A stretch of 64,000 bases of DNA from assembly GCA_963720755.1 (NCBI GenBank), contig CAVRGP010000011.1, forward strand, positions 448,001 through 512,000, given 5' to 3'. Shown piece by piece: positions 41,322 to 48,855 of the stretch. This DNA is from an uncultured Chloroflexia bacterium (GTDB taxonomy: Bacteria > Chloroflexota > Limnocylindria > Limnocylindrales > CSP1-4). Numbering within the stretch: the stretch's first letter is position 1; the number at the start of each line of letters is the position of its first letter. Under the pieces are notes generated by a model. It ran no database searches and was not told the origin of the DNA. It saw only the letters and a list, made by a program, of their open reading frames with translations. A program made the position numbers and the translations under genes.

Positions 41322-42356
41322 TCACCCCTGCACCGCGTAGACGGACCGGATCTGCTCGTGGAGCGGAACGACCGCCGCCATCATGTCGCGGAACTGGTCG
41401 AGCGTGAGTTGCTGGTCGGCGTCCGACAGCGCTGCGTCGGGATCCGGATGGACTTCGACCATGATCCCGTCCGCGCCGACGGCGACCCCACCGAGGGCCA
41501 GCGGTTTGACCAGCCATCGTTTCCCGGTGGCGTGACTGGGATCGACCACGACCGGCAGGTGGGTCAGGCGGTGGAGGAGCGGGACGGCGGCCAGGTCCAT
41601 CGTGTTGCGCGTATAGGTCTCGAACGTGCGGATGCCGCGCTCGCACAGGATCACCCTGGGGTTGCCGGAGCTGACGATGTATTCGGCGGCCATCAGGAAT
41701 TCCTCGATGGTCGCCCCGTAGCCGCGCTTCAGCATCACCGGTCTGGCCACCCGGCCGACGTCGCGCAGGAGCGAGTAGTTCTGCATGTTCCGGGTGCCGA
41801 TCTGGAGGATGTCGGCGTACTCGGCCACGATGTCGACCTGGCTCGGCTCCATCACCTCGGTGATCACCGGCAGTCCGGTCCGCTCGCGCGCCTCGGCCAG
41901 GAAACGGAGGCCGCCGATCCCGAGCCCCTGGAACGCGTAGGGCGACGTGCGCGGCTTGAACGCCCCGCCGCGCAGGATGGTCGCGCCGGCGGCCTTGACC
42001 GCGTCCGCGGTTTCGAACAGTTGGTCCCGACTCTCGATCGAGCATGGTCCGGCCATGATCGTGAGGGAGCCGTCACCGATGGCCGTGTCGAGAACCTGGA
42101 TGACCGTATCCTCGGGATGGAACTCTCGCGAGGTCAGCTTGAACGGCCGGCTGAGCGCGGTGACCGATGCGACCCCGGGCAGCCCACCGAACCGAGAGAT
42201 CAGCGCCGGCTTGCGCGCGCCGATCTCGCCAACGACTGCGACCGTGGTCCGGCCATCACTGACGTGATCGAACGGTGTCAGGCCCTCGGACAGGATCTGG
42301 CTCTTGACGCCGAGGATCTCGGCTTCGCTGGCGCCGACGCTCATCACGACGATCAT
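41322..42356 (-). CDS. aroF: DAHP synthase, type I-beta with N-terminal regulatory domain
   Basis: [50 protein letters not shown]. Confidence 0.95.
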   Translation of the reverse strand: MIVVMSVGASEAEILGVKSQILSEGLTPFDHVSDGRTTVAVVGEIGARKPALISRFGGLPGVASVTALSRPFKLTSREFHPEDTVIQVLDTAIGDGSLTIMAGPCSIESRDQLFETADAVKAAGATILRGGAFKPRTSPYAFQGLGIGGLRFLAEARERTGLPVITEVMEPSQVDIVAEYADILQIGTRNMQNYSLLRDVGRVARPVMLKRGYGATIEEFLMAAEYIVSSGNPRVILCERGIRTFETYTRNTMDLAAVPLLHRLTHLPVVVDPSHATGKRWLVKPLALGGVAVGADGIMVEVHPDPDAALSDADQQLTLDQFRDMMAAVVPLHEQIRSVYAVQG

Positions 42357-42390
42357 CGCGCTGGTGTCTCCCTCAGTCGGTCGCGCCGGC

Positions 42391-42425
42391 ACAAAACAAA
42401 AAAGCAGAGGTCTCGCCTCTGCTTC
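42391..42425 (-). terminator. attenuator terminator upstream of aroF
   Basis: Minus strand GAAGCAGAGG-CGAGA-CCTCTGCTTT followed by TTTGTTTTGT. Confidence 0.88.
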
Positions 42426-42472
42426 GTTTGCCCGGCACGACCCGTGCCCCCGGTCTCAGCGACCGGGAAGCG

Positions 42473-42508
42473 TCATGCCGGGCATCGAAAGTAGAAGGTG
42501 TGGCTCAT
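42473..42508 (-). CDS. aro operon leader peptide MSHTFYFRCPA
   Basis: GGAG RBS, ATG, tandem TTC-TAC-TTT (Phe-Tyr-Phe), TGA; lies between promoter and terminator. Confidence 0.82.
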   Translation of the reverse strand: MSHTFYFRCPA

Positions 42509-42521
42509 GTCTGTGCTCCGG

Positions 42522-42550
42522 ACGGTATCGATTGGCGCCCTCGATGTCAA
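42522..42550 (-). promoter_or_regulatory. sigma70 promoter of aro operon
   Basis: TTGACA-17 nt-TACCGT on the minus strand. Confidence 0.8.
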
Positions 42551-43131
42551 CGCGCGGCCCCGTTCGCGCCGGCCGCGAGAGCCTGCGTGACGATCGCCTC
42601 CACGACCTCGCCCTTCGCATCGGCGTAGTCCTGCACGAATGTCCAGTGACGGGCAGCCAGCTCGCGCTTCGTTCGAAGGTACCGGTCCCGGTCGTCGTCG
42701 TGGTTCCTGAGCCAATCGCGGAACGCAAGCATCCGGTCGATCTCGGGCGAGTCGGCGCTGAACACATGCAGGTTGAGGTCGGCGTCCGGCCCCTTGAACA
42801 CCCGGTGTTCGTGCCAGTCGGGTTCGCGGATCCGGAGCACGTACCCGGCCGCCTCCATCGGGGGGACATAGGCGGGCTCATCGGCCGAGTCGGCCACGCC
42901 GAGGACGATATCCACGATCGGCTTGGCGGGGAGACCCGGCACCGACGTCGACCCGACGTGCTCGAGCCGCAGGACCCGCTGGCCAAGTGCGCTCCGAACG
43001 CGCGCCGCTTCGCGTCCATAAAGCCTGGGCCACGACGGATCGTAGTCGGCGAGCAGGATCGGTCCGTCGATCCGCAGCCGCGGGCCGATCGTGACGGCTC
43101 GCATGTAGTCGTCACGACCCGTCGGCATCAC
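42547..43131 (-). CDS. GrpB family nucleotidyltransferase-like protein
   Basis: DYDPSWP, LEHVGSTSVPGLPAKPIVDI, NLHV, AFRDWLR, YADAK. Confidence 0.92.
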   Translation of the reverse strand: MMPTGRDDYMRAVTIGPRLRIDGPILLADYDPSWPRLYGREAARVRSALGQRVLRLEHVGSTSVPGLPAKPIVDIVLGVADSADEPAYVPPMEAAGYVLRIREPDWHEHRVFKGPDADLNLHVFSADSPEIDRMLAFRDWLRNHDDDRDRYLRTKRELAARHWTFVQDYADAKGEVVEAIVTQALAAGANGAAR

Positions 43132-43608
43132 CTACTCGAACGCGTCGAGCTGGGTCTCCGCCTGGAACAGGTTGATGCCGCTGTCGATCAGATCGACGAT
43201 GCGCTGGAGCTTCGACTCCTCCTCGGTCTGCTCCTCGATGAACCATTGCAGGAACTGCAGACCCCGATGGTCGCCCTGGGCGGTAGCGACGCTCGCCGCG
43301 CGATCGAACTGCCCGGTCACCGAGCGCTCCGACTCCAGGGCCCGACGCGCCGCCGCCGATGGCGACTCGAACCGGGTCGAGGTCGCCTTGAGCGCCGGCA
43401 GGTCGAACTCGACGTCGTTGTCGACGAGGAAGTCGATGATCCTCTGGGCGTGCTGGGCCTCCTCGACCGACTGCCCCCGGAACAGCTTGCCCCAGCCGTC
43501 GAGGCTCTGGCGCTCGAAGTAGATGGCGATCGCGAGGTAGAGCTGGTGGGCGGCAAGCTCGTTGCCGACCTGGGCGATCAGGAGCTTGCGGAGATCGGCG
43601 CTGAGCAT
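43132..43608 (-). CDS. ftnA: ferritin
   Basis: NELAAHQLY, EEAQHA, FLQWFIEEQTEEE ferroxidase motifs. Confidence 0.9.
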   Translation of the reverse strand: MLSADLRKLLIAQVGNELAAHQLYLAIAIYFERQSLDGWGKLFRGQSVEEAQHAQRIIDFLVDNDVEFDLPALKATSTRFESPSAAARRALESERSVTGQFDRAASVATAQGDHRGLQFLQWFIEEQTEEESKLQRIVDLIDSGINLFQAETQLDAFE

Positions 43609-43688
43609 GTCGGCTCCTTCGGGTTCGGCGGGACTGGTGGGCCGGGGTGGCAGAGCCTCCATGATAGGATTCCGGCCGCTGTCGCGAC

Positions 43689-43780
43689 GGAGAGGTCGCA
43701 TAGAGGTCTAGTGCAGCGGTTTGCTAAACCGCCATGTGGGGTAACCTGCATCGAGGGTTCGAATCCCTCCCTCTCCGCCA
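43689..43780 (+). tRNA. tRNA-Ser(GCT)
   Basis: GCGGT-TTGCTAA-ACCGC anticodon arm, long variable arm, CCA. Confidence 0.96.
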
Positions 43781-43849
43781 TATTCACGCTCAGATCGAGC
43801 CCTGACGGCCCTCCTTCGGGATCCCCGCGTCGTCGTCCGGCGGACCACT

Positions 43850-43872
43850 TGACGCCCAATCTGACCACCAAT
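43850..43872 (+). repeat. putative integrase arm-type site pair (left)
   Basis: TGACGCCCAATC-TGACCACCAAT; 16 bp identical to 45920-45935. Confidence 0.65.
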
Positions 43873-43977
43873 AGGCCGTCGCGCCGCATCGCGGGCAGTC
43901 GGCCCGTGGCGACTCTGGCCGGGGGACGAGGGCCATATCGAGGCGGCGCTCCTGTCGATCCCGGGAGCGCGTCTGAC

Positions 43978-44306
43978 GTGAAGCCGATCCTCGTCGTCCG
44001 GATCCCCGAGGTCGGCGAGGTCCGGTGGATCCGGTCGGCTGTCGGACCTTCCGTCCGGCTCCGGGATCGGCGAACCGGACCTTCGCGTCGATCCGGGCGA
44101 TCGAACGGGCGATGATCGACCGCTGCCGACGGGAAGCCTCCCCGAAGGAGCAGATCGAGGCCCTCCTCGCCGCGTTCCCGGGCTCGTCCGTCGGGGTCCT
44201 GACCGACGACTTCTCCGAAGCTCCGAAGCCGACGTATGCCGGCCGCTGGCAGAGCCGATGGGGCGCCACGCGCCGGCGAGTCCCTACGAGCCGATGGCGC
44301 GGGTGA
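43978..44306 (+). pseudogene. frameshifted small hypothetical gene in island
   Basis: VKPILVVRIPEVGEVRW continues in another frame near 44028 as DPVGCRTF...LLAAFPGS...SEAPKPTYAGRWQSRWG. Confidence 0.45.
44214..44282 (+). repeat. direct repeat copy 1 (69 bp)
   Basis: Matches 44740-44823 except two substitutions and a 15-bp indel. Confidence 0.9.
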
Positions 44307-44694
44307 CGCCGTAGCCGATCAGAGCCACCATCAGGAGCAGCGCGCCGAGGAGCGGGATCATCACCATCAGGATGGTCGAATTCAGGACGTCTCGATCGAG
44401 CCGTTCGATCTCTTCACTGTCCGCACCCGCCGCCGCTCGTCGAGCGCGCGCACGAGTCCGCCAGACGGCCGCAATGACAATGGCGACGACGAACACGAGG
44501 GCGGGAATGTTCACGAGCGGGTTCGAGCCCACATTCGTGGCCAGTGAGATTACAGCGAAGCCCCCACCAATGATGATCGGAGCCGCCATCAGTGCCGCCA
44601 GTCGCTGGTCGCCGCGCATGACACCAACGAACCCTACGATAAACAACGCCATCGATACGACGACGATGGGGACGAAGAGATCCTTGCCGTCCAT
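44284..44694 (-). CDS. small 4-TM membrane protein between direct repeats
   Basis: MDGKDLFVPIVVVSM..., hydrophobic, visibly more A/T-rich codons; own promoter-like TTGTCT-17-CACACT 7 nt before ATG. Confidence 0.7.
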   Translation of the reverse strand: MDGKDLFVPIVVVSMALFIVGFVGVMRGDQRLAALMAAPIIIGGGFAVISLATNVGSNPLVNIPALVFVVAIVIAAVWRTRARARRAAAGADSEEIERLDRDVLNSTILMVMIPLLGALLLMVALIGYGVTRAIGS

Positions 44695-44739
44695 GGTCGG
44701 CAGTGTGCCCTCGCGGACGTCAAGAGACAAGGTCGGTCG

Positions 44740-44823
44740 TCCGAAGCTCCGAAGCCGACGTATGACGGCCGCTGGCAGAGCCGATGGGGCGGGCAGCTAC
44801 CAAGCGCCACGCGCCGGTGAGTC
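44740..44823 (+). repeat. direct repeat copy 2 (84 bp)
   Basis: TCCGAAGCTCCGAAGCCGACGTATGACGGCCGCTGGCAGAGCCGATGGGG...CGCCACGCGCCGGTGAGTC. Confidence 0.9.
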
Positions 44824-44978
44824 GCAGCTAACCGGGGCCCTGTAGGCTGTCAGGGGCGATCCTCGCCGGACGGACCGGCGGGCGTCAGGAGGGAGTCGAT
44901 CCGGTCGACCCGACGGGCCTCATCACGGCCCTGATCGGCGTCGTCGACCGGGCCTTCGGGCGGCGACAGCGGATCCGC

Positions 44979-45278
44979 ATGCGCGCCGACACGGCGGAGC
45001 GGATGCTCGCGTCGTTCTACCCGTACGACGACGCCTCGACGCTGATCACCCGCTACGGGCTGATCCTCGTCTACAACGGCGGCCCGGGGCGGGTGACGAT
45101 CAATGAGGCCGGGTGGGAGGCGAAGGATGGGAGCCGTGTCGAGGCGTTCGTCCGACACGAGAGGACGATCGAACCGGGGAGCCCGGAGTTCGAGGCGACC
45201 GGCGACGCGACGGCGATCGTGAAGGCGCACGACGAACACGGCGGGCTCGTCCGTATGTACGTCCCTCCTCGCGGGTGA
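44979..45278 (+). CDS. hypothetical protein (frame extends upstream to about 44895 without a start codon)
   Basis: 99-aa ORF with typical codon bias; upstream in-frame hydrophobic segment LITALIGVV after a GGAGG. Confidence 0.5.
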   Translation: MRADTAERMLASFYPYDDASTLITRYGLILVYNGGPGRVTINEAGWEAKDGSRVEAFVRHERTIEPGSPEFEATGDATAIVKAHDEHGGLVRMYVPPRG

Positions 45279-45366
45279 CGAGAAGCCGCGCCGTCGAGAT
45301 CTCCCGGGCGACTGGATCGAGAAGGTCCGGGCCCTAGCCGAGAAGGACCGCCGACGGCGACGGTAG

Positions 45367-45882
45367 CTAGTCGTCGAGTTCCTTCATCGCCTCGTCGGGC
45401 GTGCCGATCGACAGGCGGACCCCGAAGCTCCCGCGATCGCCTCCGCCTCGATCCCACCCGCCGCTGACACTCGCCCGACAGGCCGCGACCTTCCCGTCCG
45501 CCGCAAGCCGGTCGATCACCGGCCGGTAGGCGACGGCGTTCTCCCGGGACAGGTAGCCGATCGTCGCGCCGTCACCGTTCGGTGCGACAAGGAGGACTCG
45601 GACGGCGTTCACGTCATAGGGGTTCGACGGCTCTAGTAGGAGGATCGCCGTGTGATCTCGGATCTTCGGCCCGTCGATCGTGCGCCCTCCCGCGAGCCGC
45701 TCGAGGGAGCCCTGATAGTGCGACTCGCCGACGACGTCGACCATCTTCGGGGTCGGTTCGAACAGGACCGCCGGGAGGCTAGTCGAGAAGCTCGCCGAGC
45801 TATCCGGCCATGACGTGATCGGGCCGGGCGGAGGCCACGACACTTGCGGAGTTCCACCGAGAAGTCGCTTCAGGAAGCCCAT
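45367..45882 (-). CDS. stand-alone HIRAN-domain protein
   Basis: VDVVGESHYQ, EPSNPYDVNAVRV, IGYLSRE. Confidence 0.8.
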   Translation of the reverse strand: MGFLKRLLGGTPQVSWPPPGPITSWPDSSASFSTSLPAVLFEPTPKMVDVVGESHYQGSLERLAGGRTIDGPKIRDHTAILLLEPSNPYDVNAVRVLLVAPNGDGATIGYLSRENAVAYRPVIDRLAADGKVAACRASVSGGWDRGGGDRGSFGVRLSIGTPDEAMKELDD

Positions 45883-45919
45883 GCCGCCCCTCCGTGCCCA
45901 TGAGCGAGAGCGTCCGCCC

Positions 45920-45942
45920 TGACGCCCAATCTGACGCCCGAA
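45920..45942 (+). repeat. putative integrase arm-type site pair (right)
   Basis: TGACGCCCAATC-TGACGCCCGAA, about 105 bp before attR. Confidence 0.65.
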
Positions 45943-46046
45943 CCGGCGAACGTCAACGGACAGGAGCGGACGGATAGCGGCCCGGAAGCCCGTCGATTAC
46001 ACTCCGGCGGACGTTGGAGGACGCGGAAAGACGGGCGGTAGCCGAG

Positions 46047-46106
46047 TTGCTAAACCGCCATGTGGGGTAACCTGCATCGAGGGTTCGAATCCCTCCCTCT
46101 CCGCCA
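46047..46106 (+). repeat. attR: duplicated 3' half of tRNA-Ser(GCT)
   Basis: TTGCTAAACCGCC...CTCTCCGCCA, identical to 43721-43780; no 5' half. Confidence 0.93.
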
Positions 46107-46123
46107 GTCCTCGTCGGCATCGT

Positions 46124-46199
46124 GCGCCCGTAGCTCAGTGGATAGAGCGTTAGGTTGCGGACCTAAAGGTCGTGGGTTCGAGTCCCGCCGGGCGCGCCA
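46124..46199 (+). tRNA. tRNA-Arg(GCG)
   Basis: GCGCCCG/CGGGCGC acceptor, TTAGG-TTGCGGA-CCTAA anticodon arm (GCG at 46157-46159), GGATA D-loop, CCA. Confidence 0.94.
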
Positions 46200-46247
46200 A
46201 GACCGCAACGTCGCCGCCGCCTGACCCACGCCGGCTACACTTCCGCC

Positions 46248-47114
46248 GTGCGGACGTTGACGACGCTGCTCGACGTACCGATCCGGTTCGATGTGGGCGA
46301 CAGCGTGACCCATGCACCGATGGTCGATGCGCGGGTCGCCGGGCAAAGCACCCGGATGATCCTCGATACCGGTTCGACCGATCACGTGTTGACGATCGAC
46401 CTCGTTCGTGCCGCGGGTCTCCCGCACCGCCCCGACGTACCCGGCACGGACCACGCTGGCGCCCAGGTGGATTCATGGTTCGTCGGTGACACCGGCGCCG
46501 AGATCGACGGGACCGGGCTCGCGCTCCACGACGTCGTCGCGATCACCGGGCCGGAACCGTTCGCGGGATGGGGCGTGGGAGGGTTCCTGAGCCCGCAGCA
46601 CCTCCATCCGACTGCACATGCGGTGATCGATCTCGTCGAGGACCGGCTGGTCCTCATCGACGGAACGGAGGCCGATCTCGTTGCGTGGCTCCGAACACGT
46701 ATGCCGGACCAGGACGTCCTCGAGCTCGAGCGCGATCCCGGCGAGGGGACGCCCGTGGTCCCGGCGGCGATCGAGCCGTTTGCGCCCGTCGCCGCCATGC
46801 TCAATACCGGTGGCCGCGGGACCGAGTTCGCGGCCGCTGCCGTCCCGGGTCTGGTCGGCTCACCGTCGGCCGATGCGGGCAAAGGCGTCGGCGGCGCTCC
46901 AGTGCTCGGTACCGTCGTCGAAGACCGCGTCCTCCGCGTGGGTGGGGCGCGACTGCCTGTCGGCACGCTCCTTATCCGGGACGAGATCGACACGATGCTG
47001 GGGCTGATCGGGATGGACGTCCTCCGCGGCACCGTGCTCGTCGTCGGCGCGGACCGATCTCGCCCGGTCCGGTGGTCGGTGCCCTCAGACCGTCTATCGG
47101 ACGGCGGCACCTGA
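46248..47114 (+). CDS. retropepsin-like aspartyl protease (two lobes)
   Basis: MILDTGS...GGFLS and MLNTGG...GLIGMDVL. Confidence 0.8.
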   Translation: MRTLTTLLDVPIRFDVGDSVTHAPMVDARVAGQSTRMILDTGSTDHVLTIDLVRAAGLPHRPDVPGTDHAGAQVDSWFVGDTGAEIDGTGLALHDVVAITGPEPFAGWGVGGFLSPQHLHPTAHAVIDLVEDRLVLIDGTEADLVAWLRTRMPDQDVLELERDPGEGTPVVPAAIEPFAPVAAMLNTGGRGTEFAAAAVPGLVGSPSADAGKGVGGAPVLGTVVEDRVLRVGGARLPVGTLLIRDEIDTMLGLIGMDVLRGTVLVVGADRSRPVRWSVPSDRLSDGGT

Positions 47115-47146
47115 CCGGCGACTGACGAACCAGTCCAGTGGGTCAT

Positions 47147-47532
47147 ATGCTGTCGTCGCCGCGAGTGCGGCACGCGCCGGGCGCGCCAACATTGGATGTC
47201 CGAGATCGAATGGTCGACTCTGCACAGGATCTTCGAGCACGGGCGATCGCCGTTCCCTCGGTCTGGATGGTGGCCGTCTTCTCGATCGCCGAGCTGGCCG
47301 ACCCGCTGACCGCCCAGGCGACGGCCCTTGAGTTGAACCCATCGCGGCCCACCTCGTGGCCAGGCCGATCCTCGGACTCGCCCTCAAACTGGCACTCGTG
47401 GCGTTCGTCGTCGCCGTCGCCGACATCTGCGATCGGCAGCGGCCGGGTCTCGCCAGAGTGGTCCTCGGCGCCGGTGCGGTCGCCGGGATCTTCGGGGCGT
47501 TGACCAACGCGTTCGGCGCTCCGTTCAGTTGA
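47147..47532 (+). pseudogene. frameshifted small membrane protein (DUF5658-like)
   Basis: ...ELADPLT...ELNP, then a 1-nt deletion near 47340; continuation IAAHLVARPILGLALKLALVAFV...NAFGAPFS*. Confidence 0.6.
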
Positions 47533-47693
47533 TCCCGCTCGACATCCGATCGAGACACGTCGCCGCCGGTGCGCCTTGAGACGATGGCCGAGGCGCCCCG
47601 CCGGCTCTGATCGGGTGCCGGCGCGGGTCGAGCGACCAGCCGAAGGGCTGGTTTGCTAGGCTGCCTCGACCGACCGATGCAGGGGGTGATCGA

Positions 47694-48761
47694 GTGCAGC
47701 TTCATCCGCACGATCGACGGGTCGTGGTCCGCGGGGACCCGTTCAACGCCGAGGCACCGTTCGAGGCGCTGGATTCGTTCATCACCCCGATCGATGACTT
47801 CTACGTCCGCAGCAACTTCCCGGTGCCACCGATCGAACCCGGTACCTGGGAGCTCACGGTCGACGGCCGCGTCGCGCGGTCGCTGCGGTTCTCGCTCGAC
47901 GATCTCGAGGCTCGCACCCAACGGACGGTCGCGTGCACGTTGGAGTGTGCCGGCAACAACCGGACGCGCCTGGCCCCGATCCCAGAGGGTGAACCGTGGG
48001 GCCTCGGGGCCATCTCGACCGGGACCTTCACCGGCGTGAGCCTGGCCGAACTGCTCGACGAAGCCGGGGTCGACCCCGAGGCCGTGGAAGTGCGCTTCGA
48101 GGGCGCCGACCGTGGCACGCCCCGCGGCCAGATCCCGGAGATCTCGTTCGAGCGCTCATTGCCGATCGATATCGCGCGCCGCGACGACATCCTGCTCGTC
48201 CTTGGCATGAACGATGCCCCCCTCACCCCGGACCACGGCGCGCCGGTCCGTCTCCTCGTCCCGGGCTGGTATGGGATGGCCTCGGTCAAATGGTTGCGCC
48301 GGATCGAGGTTCTCGGCCACGCCCTGGAGGCACATTTCCAGACGCGCCAGTATCGGTTCCACGAATTGACCGGATCCACTGACGACCAGCCGGCTCCCCC
48401 GGTCACGGCGATCCGAGTCAATTCGATGATCACGAACATCGGATCGGGCGGATCGCTCCTCCCCGGCGGCCACGAGATCCTTGGAGTCGCCTGGTCGGGC
48501 GACGCCCCCATCGCCGCGGTCGAGGTGAGTGCGGACGCCGGCCCATGGACGCCCGCGACCCTGATCGGCGAGGCTGTGCCGTTCGTCTGGCGTCAGTGGC
48601 GGTTCGACTGGGCGGGTGCGCCGGTCGGACGGCATTCCCTTCGGACTCGAGCGACGGCCGCCGACGGATCGATCCAGCCCGATCGACCCGACTGGAACCG
48701 TCTCGGATATGGCAACAACGCCGTCGCCGTGACCCTTGTCGAGATCGTGGCAGAGGTCTGA
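47694..48761 (+). CDS. sulfite oxidase family molybdoenzyme
   Basis: FYVRSN, LECAGNNR (Mo-ligating Cys), FERSLP, HGAPVRLLVPGWYGMASVKWL, WNRLGYGNN; no Tat signal. Confidence 0.92.
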   Translation: MQLHPHDRRVVVRGDPFNAEAPFEALDSFITPIDDFYVRSNFPVPPIEPGTWELTVDGRVARSLRFSLDDLEARTQRTVACTLECAGNNRTRLAPIPEGEPWGLGAISTGTFTGVSLAELLDEAGVDPEAVEVRFEGADRGTPRGQIPEISFERSLPIDIARRDDILLVLGMNDAPLTPDHGAPVRLLVPGWYGMASVKWLRRIEVLGHALEAHFQTRQYRFHELTGSTDDQPAPPVTAIRVNSMITNIGSGGSLLPGGHEILGVAWSGDAPIAAVEVSADAGPWTPATLIGEAVPFVWRQWRFDWAGAPVGRHSLRTRATAADGSIQPDRPDWNRLGYGNNAVAVTLVEIVAEV

Positions 48762-48855
48762 CCGAGCGAGGGCGACGGGCTCGTCCTGCTACGCTTGTCG
48801 GGACGCCGGAGCCCGGCAAAAGGGGCTCTTGTCGCTCCCACCAACGAGGTCTGCT

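Larger units (their letters stand above)
43721..46106. mobile_element. small integrase-less genomic island / prophage remnant in tRNA-Ser(GCT)
   Basis: Identical 60-bp direct repeat (tRNA 3' half from the anticodon loop) at 43721-43780 and 46047-46106; arm-like repeats near both ends; phage-type cargo ORFs. Confidence 0.88.

Noticed and set aside
44214-44823. Possible DGR template/variable repeat pair
   Set aside because: Only two substitutions (one not at adenine) plus an indel, and no reverse transcriptase in the window.
46047-46106. Second tRNA-Ser(GCT) gene
   Set aside because: Lacks the 5' acceptor strand and D-arm; it is the att duplication.
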